This document shows, piece by piece, positions 52,016-64,000 of a stretch of DNA of 64,000 nucleotides. The DNA is from Vicugna vicugna. Its lineage: Eukaryota. Within the stretch, counting starts at the first letter, position 1, and every line of letters starts with the position of its first letter. The stretch is taken from assembly GCA_013265495.1 (NCBI GenBank), contig MU058198.1, forward strand, positions 6,339,779 to 6,403,778. The letters are read 5' to 3'. The notes under the pieces are model-generated. The model was given only the letters and a program-made list of their open reading frames with translations, did no database searches and was not told where the DNA came from. The position numbers were made by a program, and so were the translations under genes.

Positions 52016-54549
52016 TAGCAGTAATAATACAAATCATAAATGTGATAATAGAGAACATGGACCCTGTGTCAGGTGCTATGTAAGAGGGGCTCCATGGATT
52101 AATTCATTACATCCACAAATAACCCTCTGAGGCAGGTATGGTTCTAGACTTGTTGACAGATAGGGAAACCGAGGCACAGACGTGGCAAAACTGGGAGAAG
52201 CCCACCAGAAGGCATTTTGAGGACACGGTTGTTGTGACATGACAGATGAGACTGGCAAAGGGGAGACTGTTACTGGGGGATGGTGGTGCCACCAATGTGA
52301 GAACATGGGGCTTCTCAAACTTGGGAACCAGAGCTTCCCCCACCACCCAGGAGACACCCTGAGCTTCTAGTGGACTTGAGTCCAGACCTGTGGCTTCGGC
52401 ACAGCCTGCAAGGGACACCCAAGTCCCACACTCTGATGGAAGGTGAGGGACACAGGACTCAGCGGTAAAGGGTGACTCTCGCCTGTGCTCACATCTTCCT
52501 GAGGTTTCTGACCGAGACACACCTTCTGGAGCCTCTTCTCTTTACCACACCACCTGTTAACCATCACACACACACATACACACACACACACACACATCTG
52601 CATGACGCTCCTTGTATTGGTTTAGTCTCCCAAGTAAAGCAAAGAGAAAGACAATTTAATGAGCATCTATTATGTGCCACACAGTGTACCTGGACCTACA
52701 TATACACGACTTTCATTTTCTTCCTGCAACAGCCCCATGAGGCAGGTGCCCTTATAGCCCCATTTTCTAGATGAGAAAACTGAGGCTGAAAGAAGTGTGC
52801 CCTGCAAGGTCAATGGCAGAGCTAGAGTTCCACCCCAGGGGTGTGACTCTAGTTCCTATGGCCTGGGATGCCTTGACCTGGCAGCTGTCGTCTCTGGAAG
52901 TTCCACCCACGAACTCTCTGCGTGGCTAACTCCATTCTCTGTGGGTCAGGAGAGGTTTTTGTTTATTTGTCTTATGGTTTTTCTAATTGAAGATATTTAT
53001 GTCACATTGTGTGGAGTTTGGGCTAGAAAAGAAATCCATTGAATTGAAATAGGGTTTTCTTAAAAAGGGTGAAGGCAGCAAAACATGGAGAAACAGTAGT
53101 AAGAACAGTGGTGGTTCTTCCCTCCCTGCCTCCCCAGGAGTGAGGCGAGCCAAGCAGGGGGTTCAACTCAGTGGAAGGGAGAGCCCCCTCACTGGGTGAA
53201 GGATATTATGAAGAGGAAATCCACTTCCTAGCCAACACTCTTGAGGGAGTGCTGACTCAGGAAGGGGCTTGGCCAGGGTTTGCGCAGTGAACCAAAGATG
53301 GGCGCACGATGGATGGATGTAGGCTGTTGAGATGAACAAATGGGGTCGATTCCATCCTTGGCCTCCATTCTTTATCCATCCTGTATCTGTGCCCTGGGCC
53401 ATTTCACACTGCCCTTCCACATGGGCGGGGCCTGCTTCCCTGCCCTTTGACTTTGGACTTGGCCATGTGACTAGCTTTGCCAATAGCATGAAGTTAGAAA
53501 TGTTACTGGCTCAGTTCTCAGTCTAGGCCTCGTGAGAGCTTACACATTTCCATTTGCATGTCTGTCATCGCCATGGTAAGGACACACCTGGGCTAGACCG
53601 CCAGCCTCAGGAGGAGGATCTGATTGACAGTCCCTCAAGTGATTCCCAGATATGTGACAAGACCAGCCAAGACCAGCAGAGCTCCCTCGCCGAGTCCAAC
53701 CTAAATCAGTCAACCGACCAACCCACAGGTCTATGCGAACAAATGAGTGTCTTCAAGACACTGACTTGGGGCTGGGGGTGCAGAGGTCATTTGCTACAGC
53801 ACTTTTGGAACAAGACGAACTGATATATTCTAGCTATTTCTCTCATATATTTCCAGCCCTAAGCCCTCTCCCTGCTGACCTTTGTGTGGCATGTCTTCAA
53901 AGAGGAAAGAACCAGATGGGAATTCCTGGTGGACCCCACCATCCAGTTCAGCAAGACCAGGTTACCAGGAAGAGAAGAAGAAATGAACTAGAGGCGTCTC
54001 CCCGCCAGAACCCACAATGTTTCTCTGAAAACAAAGCATACAAGATCGACAGAAAAAAAAGTGTGTCAAAAGCAAAAATGGCCAACATATCTCCCAGAGA
54101 CGTAAAATATGTCTTTACATTTTGTGATGGGGAAGGAGGAAGAAAGCAAGGGAACGCATAAGGACATCCAGCTGCTCTAACTGTTGGGCCGTGGGTTCTC
54201 TCTGAAAATAGCCTGATGGGCAAGCCTGTAGACCCCGGAGCCAAACCATCTGAGTTTAAATCCTGGTTCTCTCACCAATGGCTGTGTAACCTTGGCCATT
54301 TAATCTCTCCGGGTCTCAACTTCTTCATCTGCAAAATGAGAATAATATCTTCTATCTCACAGAGTTAGTGTGAGAATTAAATAAGCAATATATGAAATGC
54401 TCCCAACGATACCTGACTTATAATAAACACTACATGAGTGTTGGTGAAGGGCTTCATGTTGAGATGGTGACATGACAAAATGTTTGGGGGAATCCCTGGA
54501 ATGATGCGTGTTCGATAAATATGAACTCCTCTCTCCAGGTGTACACGTC

Positions 54550-55070
54550 ATCTGTGCTGTGTAACAAGTCACCCCAAACACAGCAGCTCAAAACAGCAAG
54601 AAACATTTATCGTCTCATGATTTCTCTGGGTCAGGAATTTAGGATTGGCTCACTGGGATGCTGCTGGCTCAGGGTCTCTCATGAAGTTGCAGTTAAAATG
54701 CCAGCTAGGGATTCAGTCTCTGAAAGCTTGACTGGGGCCGAAGGATCCACTTCCCAGATGGCGGGCCCTCAGCTTCATGCTGGCTGTTGGCAGAAAGCAT
54801 CAAATTCCTGCCACACTGGCCTGTCTTATAGGGCTGCTTGGCTGTCCTCACAATGTGGCAGCTGGCTTCCTCCAGAGCGAGGAATCTGAGAGAAAGCCAA
54901 GTGAAAGCTGCAGTGTCTTGTATGATCTGGCCTTGGGTACCACACATCTTCACTTCCATCTATTCAATGGGTTACGCAGGTCAGGTCAGCACTATCCAAC
55001 GTGGGAGAGGACCACTCAGAAATGTGAAGAACAGAAGGCAGGGATCACTGGGGCCATCTTCGGGGCTGCC
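54550..55070 (-). mobile_element. MLT1F-like MaLR LTR
   Basis: Reverse-complement counterpart of the 9240 element (gtcctcacaatgtggcagctggcttcc). Confidence 0.78.
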
Positions 55071-58000
55071 TGACGCCTGGTCAACAGTGCAACACCAGTG
55101 CATAGAAAATGTGCTTCTTAATCGTCTTGGAAATGTTTTATCATCCACGAGCTCTCTTCTTCCCACCCTCCACCCCTCCCTCGCTTCCTTTTTCCTTCCT
55201 TCCCTCCTTCCTTTTTCATAGCTTTTTCTTCTGATTATAAAGATAATGTATTTCAGAAAATTTAGGGAATACAAAAAAGTGTAAAGAATGTTTAACCTGC
55301 CTGCAATTTCACAATTAGCTGATATTCATTTTGGTGGACATTTCAGTATTCTAATGCAAATTTTTACATACATTTTACAAAAATTGAATTACACTGCGTG
55401 CTCAGTTTTCTATCCAGCTTTTTACATGTGAAATCATCTCATGATCACAGCCCATTATTATTGCTAATCATAACTATTAATTACACATTTAGGAATGTTC
55501 CAGGCACTGTGTTGAGCTCTTCACATATTTCATTTAATTTTCATAGATATCCTATAGGTGGGGAATACCCTTGTACCAGTCCTACAGAGGGAGAAACTGA
55601 GGCTCAGGAGAGTTACACAACTAGTCTAGGGTCACACAGGAACCAGAGGCCACACACCGTCAAGACTTCAGTTCAGATCTGCTGGCCTCCACTGTACTCT
55701 AGTGGCTGCAGAGTATTGCACCGTATGCAAGTCCCAAAATGTATTTAAACAATCAGCTATTGTTTGGCAATTATATATTTTTCTAGTTTTTCAATAGGAA
55801 CAATGCTCCAATGCACATCTGTTAATATACATCTTGGTCTACACAGGCCCCAATTTCTTTTATAAAGAATCTGTAAGTATATCCCTGGGTGTACTTGTGC
55901 CACACCTTAGAGGGAAATGTGTCATTTCGGGCTCGCTTAAAGCATTCAAAGGTCACTCATTGGCTTGTATAATTGAAAACCCCGGGGGGAGGTCTAGCTT
56001 CAGGGGTGGTTTGATCTAGCAGCTCAAAGATGTCAAGGACGTGCATCCTCTCCAGGCTTCTGGTTTACCTCCTACTGTGTTAGCTTCATCTCTCCAACTG
56101 CTGGCTCCACCTGAAAGTCCCCCAGAAGCTCCAGGCTCTTCCCAGGCCACAAGATGGCTGCCATGATTCCTGACCTCACATTCTCACACCACATCAGCTC
56201 TTTCTTAGACAGCAGAGAAATTTATCTCTATTAGAAGCCAAATGGTTCCTGATGTCTCACTGTAGTCAGGGAGAATGGGATGCTCTGATTGGTGGAGGGG
56301 GTCAGGACTCGCCCCTGGAGCTGTATCTGGGGTCAGTCCCTGCCCAAACATCATGCCTGAGACAGAGAGAGACGTGGCTACAACCATTATCTGTTGCTGT
56401 CTAACAAACCCGCAAAACTTAGCAGCAATTATTATCCTCATGATTCTGTGGGTTGGAATCTAGGCAGCTATGCTTCTCTCTCTCGGCATCATTCAAGGGC
56501 CGCAGTCTTCTGATGGCTTGACTGGGGCCAGGGGATCAATGACGACCTCACTTGCACACCTGGAAGTTGCCACCATGCTGGTTAGGGTGCCTCAGTTCCC
56601 CACGTGAGCCCTTCCCTCTGGTCATCTAGATGGGGCTCTCGTTTTGCACCGCAGTCTCGGGGTCTTAGGAGGCAAAGGTGGAAGACACAAAGCCTCCTGA
56701 GCTCTGCCCTGAGCACTCACACGGAGTTAACCCCATGCACTCTCTTGGTCTAAGCACCTCCGCCCAGATCTGTTGCTGGGGTGTTATTGCAAAGGGCTGG
56801 TAGGCCTGCAAACAATCCCCACAGGCGATTAGAGCAGACACAAGAATGGATTCCAGACAGCCCAAATGGCCAATGACCACCACAAGAGGGCGGATGGAGG
56901 CAGTGGCCAAGAGGTCCTCCCAGGGCGTGGGTGTCTCCATCTGCCTGCCAGTGCCCTGGCGATCTCGGTAGACAATGACCCTGGAAATGGCACTTGTGTC
57001 AAACACAAGAACGCTCCTGGGACCCACTGCCAGAGATAATCTTCGAGATCAGGGCAGAAGGGGCTGGGATTACATGCCTCCTTCACTAAATTGAGTCATG
57101 AAACTTTTATTAAGGGATATAGTTTGTTGACGGCAAGAAAACAAGGCAATTCTGGGCAGACCCATTAAGAGCAAATCCTCCTCCACCATCACAGTCACCG
57201 GTTCTGATGGAACTGTGAAATGACAGAGCGAAGACAAGACGGAGATTTGCAGAAGGGGAAGGGGAACTTTCATCCCCTAATCGCATGCGACGTGCTTTCC
57301 CAGGCCCCTAAGAGTGCCGGCACGGCAGTCCCATCCGATTTCCCAAGGTTTCTTCACAGAAGGGCTGCCTCCTTCGCAAACATGAGTGACAGCCACTTCC
57401 ATCAGACATGGGAGTGTGTGCCCAGCCACTTCTCCATCAACCAAGAAAGAGGATCGTGTGCGGCTTTGTCCTTCCAGGAACCTGAGCATCCCCCTCCTGC
57501 CCGCTCTGACTGAAGGCGTCAAGGACCCAGCCCCCCTAGCTGGAGAGATCTTCTGAGCCCCTCCCTCTCCATCCCATGAATGGGGCCACACAGGGCCCCC
57601 ACGTGGAAGACTGTGAGGTCCCCCATGCCCAGATTGGCTGTCTCATAGCTGTGTGTTGTTGGTCAAGCAACCTAGCCCCTCTGAACCGTAAGATGGGTTT
57701 AACAATATCCACTTAAACTGTGGACAGATCCTGGCATGACTTTTTTTTTTAATTTAAGCCAAGATTTTTTTGTTTTTTGTTTTTCTATTTTTTTACTTAT
57801 TCTTTAATTGTTGCATGCTTTTTAAATTATTTTTATTTGTTTTTTTTGTTGTTGTTGTTGTTTGTTTTCTTGAGCCAAGATTTTAAATCAGGAGATTGCA
57901 TACAAACAATTCAATTTTCCAGCTTCTTACAAACAACCTAAAAGTCTGCCAGCACTGGGCCTGCAGTCCCAGCTGGCCAAATTGATTGGAGATAAGTAAT

Positions 58001-58548
58001 TGCTTCAGCTGGGAGACAGTTTCCCCACTTTGCCACAGTCCCCCTTGACTCCCTATTGTTATACATCAGACCTACTTTGTTCATTTATGTTCCTGGCCTA
58101 ATTCCAGCTACCACTGGATTGGAATTTTAGCTCCACTGTCCCCAGAGCTCCACCAGAACTTTATCCTGGGATCCACTCTCACTAAACCCACAGCTCAACA
58201 TCCGATCTTTGAAGGGAGCTGTTATGGCCTCCCTCTGTCTCCTCCATCACTCCAGCCACCAGGACACTGACCAGCACTGAGGACCTGGGAACAGCCTCCC
58301 CAGCCAGGCATCTGAGTGACCTGTCAGCCCTAACATGTACTCGTCCCTCCCTGAGGCCGAAAATCCTGGGGTGAGGCCTCTGCTTTCAGCAGCTTGCGGG
58401 GCCCCAGAATCCAAGTCTATTTTAATCCTCAGGGGGCTTAGTCTATAAACGGTTTCATCACGGTCTCTGGGCTCCTTGACTGGAGCCTCCAGCTGCTGCC
58501 TGTGATGTTCTTTCAATCCTTCAACAGATCCCCGCCGAGCACCTGCGA

Positions 58549-58876
58549 CAGGAAACAGCCAACCACGGACCACTGGCCAGATCCAGCCTTCCACCTGCTT
58601 GCGTCCCACCCACAAGCTAAGAATGGCTTTTACATTTTCTAATGGTCAGAGGGGTAATCAGAATAAGAATCATATTTTGTGACACATGAAAATTATATGA
58701 AATTCAAATGTCAGTGTCCGAAAATGCTGTTTCACTGGAATGTAGCCACGCCCATTCATTTCCCTGTTACCTGCGTCTGCCATCAGGCTCCAAGGCAGAG
58801 TTGGAGAGGCATCTGGCCAACAGAACCTCAGATGTTTGCTCTCTGGTCCTTCCCAGAGAAAGCCCGCTGCCCCCTG
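58549..58876. mobile_element. MER58B-like DNA transposon
   Basis: aagctaagaatggcttttacatttt...gtgacacatgaaaattatatgaaattcaaatgtcagtgtcc diagnostic core. Confidence 0.8.
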
Positions 58877-58924
58877 CTCTGCTACATTCCAGGCCCCACT
58901 CAGGGTACTGGCGATACAGAGCTG

Positions 58925-59322
58925 TTTCCATTTCCTGAGCCTGCCCGTAACAAATGACCACAACCCAGGGGCTTAGAACAACAGAAAAGTACTCTCTCAC
59001 AGTTCTGGAGGCCAGAAGACTGAAATCAAGGTCCCTCCAGGGGTTGGTGGGGGGCATCCTTCTGGTCTCTTCCTGCTGCTGGTGGCTCCAGGCATTCTTG
59101 CAGCTGCCTCCCTCCAGTCTCTGCCTCCCACCTTCCCCTCTACGTGCATCTTGTAAAGACCCTCATCATTGGATTCAGGGCCCCCTGGGTAATCCAGGGT
59201 GGTCTCATCTCAAGATCCTTAATTTTATATCTGCAAAGGCCCTTTTTAAAAATAAGATCATGTTTACAGTTTCTGGGATGTGGATATAACTTTGGGGAGA
59301 GGATCACAATTCAACCACTACA
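58925..59322 (-). mobile_element. MLT1C-like MaLR LTR
   Basis: ctcacagttctggaggccagaagactgaaatcaagg...ggattcagggcccc...aatccagggtggtctcattcaagatccttaa. Confidence 0.75.
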
Positions 59323-59589
59323 AGTGCTTTCTGGCCTTCTAGAATCTTCCATTCTTTTGAAGGGAGACTGATGATAACCACCACCACCAACCCCCCCCAA
59401 AAAACCATAACAGGTCAGATGCTGATAAGAGCTCCGAGGAAAACTCAAGCCGGGGGAGCGGACAGACAAGAATCTACACACACTAGCAGAGACCCCGGGA
59501 AGTGAGGGAGAGAGTCATGCAGACATGGAGGGAGGGAGGGGGACAAAGGTTGGAGTGGGGGGGACAGCAGTGCAGAAACCAAAAGAGGA

Positions 59590-59691
59590 AGAATATGAAT
59601 ACATGTATGTATATGCATGACTAGGACATCGTGCTGTACCAGAAATTGACACATTGTAACTAACTATACTATAATGAAAAAAAAAAAAAAA
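59590..59691 (+). mobile_element. 5'-truncated cetartiodactyl L1 3' end with poly(A)
   Basis: tatgtatatgcatgactaggacatcgtgctgtaccagaaattgacacattgtaactaactatact + A15; same family as 36450. Confidence 0.85.
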
Positions 59692-60529
59692 GAAGAATGT
59701 CGGCACATGTAAGGAGAAGCAAGGGGTCACCGTGTGGCCAGAGGGGAGTGAACAAGACCAGGAGAGGAGAATGACTACTATCTTGGGTACTGTGGGCAAG
59801 GGGCTACTCAGTTTCAGGTCCTTCACCACAGAACAAGAAGGACTCACCCTACCACGGTTCTCTCTCTGTACCTGCACTCAGCGTGCACACTTCCAGTGAA
59901 TTCCACACAGCCCTCCCTCGGAACTATTAAGATCGACATCCCTCCCTCGATTATTCGGAAGTGGCAGGGGATTCATGCATGGTCACTTAGCCTGTGGGCG
60001 GCAGAGCTGGGATCCAGAGTATCCTCCAGCCCTGGAGCCCCCGGCTTCCTCCCTGCACAGACTCAGGGCCTTTCTTAAAACAGGAGGAAAGGGGAGGACG
60101 CTGGCTTTAACAGAATTAAGCCTCATCCAGACTGCTGAACAAACTCGTTTTCTCCAACAGCAGGAGGCTCTGGAGGCACTCGGGAGGGGGCCAGCTGGTC
60201 GACCCGCTTTGACTTTCAAGGAGGTCAATTAGTACAGAAAACAGCCTTTGCAGTCAGAGACCCCGTGGGCAAGCGGCAGAGCCAGTGGCGAGGTCTGGCA
60301 GGGCCTGCCAGCGCCGGAAGGTACCCAGCTGGTGCCCGTCCGCTATTCTCCATGCGGGACCCGAGGGGCAGAGAGGTTTCGGGCTGTCCGAATTTGGGAT
60401 GGGGAGCATGGAAGCCTCAGCAAGGGCTGCCAAAAGGAAGCGCTGAGACCACGCCCCTGCCCAACAAGGCAGCTGGGGCAGGACATCAGCTCCATCCGAC
60501 CTGGGCAGTGCTAGGGGTGGGAGCCCTTA

Positions 60530-61050
60530 TGTAATAGGGAAGAGCAAACCTGACTCCACATTAGATCTGCTCCTTTGTTTCTAACCCTATGCTCTGACTC
60601 CTGTGCTAAGTCATGCTGGTTCTGCACCTTTTATAAAAGAATGTTGCCTGTAGCCTGAAATATACAGGAGAGCCCATTCTCAGGGCTCTGACCTTTAAAG
60701 GGTGTAGCGCTTTTCCATTCGTATAAAGATAAAAAGTTGCAGAACAGAGAATGACATTTGTCTTATTGGAGGTGTACAGGAACATCATGACCTGACCTTT
60801 CAGGACAGCTGCAAGAACAAAGGATTTCCACACCAAGAAGTTTGCAACAACCAACCACACCCCCTCCCCTTTTTAGTATAAAAGGAGCCTGAATTCTGAC
60901 TCGGAGAAGATGGGTCTCCAGGACATTAATCTGCTATCTTCTTTGTCTGCTGGCTTTCTGAATAAAGTCATTATTCCTTGCCACAACAACTTGTCTCTGG
61001 ATTTATTGGTCTGTCATGTGGCAAGCAGAACGAGTTTAGACTTGGTAACA
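60530..61050 (+). mobile_element. ERV1-class solo LTR
   Basis: TGTAA...TAACA termini, TATA-like agtataaaagg (~60875), AATAAA at 60961-60966, ~520 bp. TSD not clean. Confidence 0.8.
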
Positions 61051-63441
61051 CTATTGTTGATATTCAATTATTGTTTAAAATTCATATCAAAATTATACAT
61101 GTACAGATTAAAATAATCATGTAACATCTCATGAAACTCCATACTCTCCCTGTCTAAATTTTAGCCACACTGGCCTCCCTTCTGTTCTCTAGCACATCTA
61201 GCTGATTCTTACCTCAGGGCCTTTGCACTGCTGTTCCTCCTGCCCGAAGACCGCTCCTGCGACTCATGCAGTCTCAGCTTTAGGTCGGCTCCTCAGGGAG
61301 GCCCACCGACCATTCATCCAGTGCACACATCCCATCACTAGCTCCTCCACTCAACACTATCTAACATGGCCATGTTGAGTCATTTAGGACTGCGGTTCAT
61401 TTATGGTGTCTTCTCTCTCCTCCACCAGAAGGCCAGCTACACGGGGGCAGGACCAGGCCTGTGGCTCACTAATGAGTCCTGTGAGCGGAGCCAGGATGTA
61501 ACAGATTATCACTGAATGTTTGTCAAAGAAATGAAAAAGGAGAGAGGCAGACACAGCCATGGGCACCTTGACCGCGCTCCTTTCTTACTCTGTCTCTGGC
61601 TAATGGAGCCGAACCCTCACCCATGAATCTGACTCAAGTACAGCCCAGTGGGAGTTTTTTCCTATTGTGTGCTTGGCAGCTAAGGTCTGAAGACAAGGAC
61701 CAAAGCTGTCAAGGATCCCACATGCGAAAGAGGAGGCCTTGTGAGAATTATAGAGACAGACAGGATGCCTGCAAGGAAGGGCATCTTGTTTGTCAGCTGG
61801 ATGTTGGCTGAGCTGGAGGCTCCCCGGATCCACACTGGTGCCCCTATCAGAGAGAAGCAGGGGTAGAGAGCTTCCTTGGGGCCTGAGGAGGTGCCTAGTG
61901 CAGTTAAAACTCTGAGTCCACAGCTATACTGTCTCTTTTTTTAAGAAATGAGACCATTTCATGTTTATACCATTGTGAGTTAAATGCCCCACTAAGCCAG
62001 TCACTTAGTAGATGATGAAGAAATGATAGCTCCCTGGCCTATTCCTCCCACTGGCCTGGGCCACTGCCATGGGGACCCCTCCACTCTGTCTGGTTCCCCA
62101 CTCTGGCCTCAGGCTCCCGAGCTGTCAAACAGGGGCATTGGTCTTGGCTGTGATCAGGGAGGCCGTTGCCAATACCCCCCGGGGAGGTCATGTGTTCTCC
62201 GCTCTCCCAGATGGGTATGTATGTGTGTGTCAAACGTACAGGCTGTGTCCCGAGGCTGGCAGCCGTGTAGAAGTAGTGTAGGGCAGAAGATCTGGAGCAG
62301 TCACAGGGACAGCCCAGGGAATTCTCACTGTCCGCCAGCCCCCTTGTACCTGCCTAGACCATCCCCCAACCCCAGGGCCAGCACTGCGGGGCAGGAGTGC
62401 TCAGGAAGAGCCCCCTCTGTGTCAGATGCAGCAGGAGAGGGCTGACCAGCAGGCTGCCACCGCACCTGGGCTCGCGTCCCCACTCTCCCGTGACACTGGG
62501 CAAGTCTCAGTTCCTCTCTGAGCATCTCCATGTTTCTGTCCAAAAGTGAGAAGAACCAGCCACCTCTCACAGGGGCCAGTTTCCGGGGAGAGCATTGAGG
62601 GACCTGGGGAGATGCCTAGGCCTAGCCTGGGACCGTCTACTCTCCTGACACTTGCCTCATGTCTATACCTGGCCCGTGTGCCTGATGCTTCGCTCAGGCT
62701 CTCCCCAACTTTTCTGATCAAGTATCAGCTAAACCCCCAATCACCCCAACTGCTCCTGACCTGCCAGAGCCAGGTCTCCTGCACTATGGGTTACACACCC
62801 CAACAGCTCAAAGGAGCTCGTATCAATAACAACCCAAAGGACCACTGTTCACTGAGCAACTACTGCAACCCAGGCTTGAAGCTGAACAGTCTACATCCAT
62901 TGTCTTATGTGGTCCTTCAACAACTGAACGTGTACTAACTCCACTTTATAGCTGAGGACTGAGGACCAGAGAGCCTAAGTGATGTGCCTGAGGTCACACA
63001 GCTGGGCTGACTGACTTGTGCTTAGAAGCACAAGAGAGAGAAATCAGCCTACCTACATGTGTAGCATCACTTTGGAATAGTGAAACTAATTCTATGACAT
63101 AGAATTGAGGGGTTTTTTTTCATTTCCCCTCCAGTTTTATTGAGGTACTGGCATTGTTATTATTTTAAATTACTTTGGGGTTGGGAGTGGAGGGGCTTGG
63201 CACTACACTTTTTCCAGCAAGGACAGATGGACTCTGGAGTTCCACGAAGCTCGCGGACTCCCACCTCTCTGGCTGCCACGGCACCTCCAGAGGGGCCTGG
63301 GACTGGGAGGGAAAAGACAGAGGGCGGGGTTCCCAGGAAGGCCCAGCCCCCTTGCACTGTTGCCCCGTCCTAACACCTGAGGCTGTGGTCTCTGGGGTGG
63401 GTCTAGCTGGAGGAGTCCTAGGTTAGCCATAAATGCTCATG

Positions 63442-63455
63442 TTGCCACCTAGTGG
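63442..63455 (-). promoter_or_regulatory. CTCF motif (reverse)
   Basis: TTGCCACCTAGTGG, which is CCACTAGGTGGCAA on the minus strand. Confidence 0.6.
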
Positions 63456-64000
63456 GCATGGGTAGTACACGCAGCTGCTCGCCATCTTTTAAATATCCTT
63501 TGTGTCTGGGGGAAATTCTCATGCAGTAAGTCCATCCCTTAATGGCAATATTCACGTCCTTCCCGTCAGATGCGCCCACATGGGATTCCAATTTGGAAGA
63601 GTCAAGTCACTTCCTGGAGTAGGAGGCAGAGCGTGGTGGGAGACATGGAGATTTTATAAGCAGGCAGAGGTGGGACTGATCAGGGGCTGGAGTTCAGCTC
63701 CAGGGAGTGGAGTTCCAAGCCTGATTTTGGGCTCCCTGGGCAGCCTCCTGTCCCTACCAAGCCCTGCCCGTCAGCACTGAAAGGTGAGAGACTGGATGTG
63801 ATAATGAAGTGCCCCCACCCCAGCCCCAGAGAAGTGAATTCTCTTGGTTCTTCTTATTGTCTCCTCAAGGATGCAAGATCAGCGCTGATCCCAAACTCTG
63901 CCCCTGGGAGGCTGGATAGGTGGGCAGAGGGGCCGGAGAGAGAGAGAAGACGGAACATGAGGCCAGGGGAGGGGACTGTCAACTGTCACCACATCCAAAT

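Noticed and set aside
45000..64000. Expected neighbouring gene XPO6 3' exons
   Set aside because: No recognisable coding exon seen; probably beyond the right edge.

Overview
Mammalian genomic DNA, most likely from a camelid, judged by three tRNA-derived SINEs of the 'ggggagggtatagctcagtggtagag...gtcctgggttcaatcccc' type and matching L1 3' tails. The only supportable protein-coding sequence is exon 1 of GSG1L (claudin-family AMPA-receptor auxiliary subunit) on the minus strand: ATG at 44361, splice donor after 44013, inside a CpG island. Positions 1-44012 are its long first intron (exon 2 not found in the window) and ~44.6-64 kb is upstream/intergenic. The rest is mostly old repeats (MIR, L2, L1M/HAL1, MaLR/ERVL LTRs, MER DNA transposons, a decayed hAT-Charlie transposase, ERV1 solo LTRs). 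Repeat families were assigned by eye and boundaries are approximate. I found no evidence for a wholly new biological system. The most interesting signals are a consensus REST/RE1 site, a CRE, RFX X-boxes and an AP-1/CArG/E-box cluster in intron 1, an intronic GC-box patch next to a (TG)24 tract, convergent CTCF motifs upstream, and TSD-defined atypical retrotranspositions: an L1 3' transduction, an orphan transduction, and a tail-less 5' L1 fragment.
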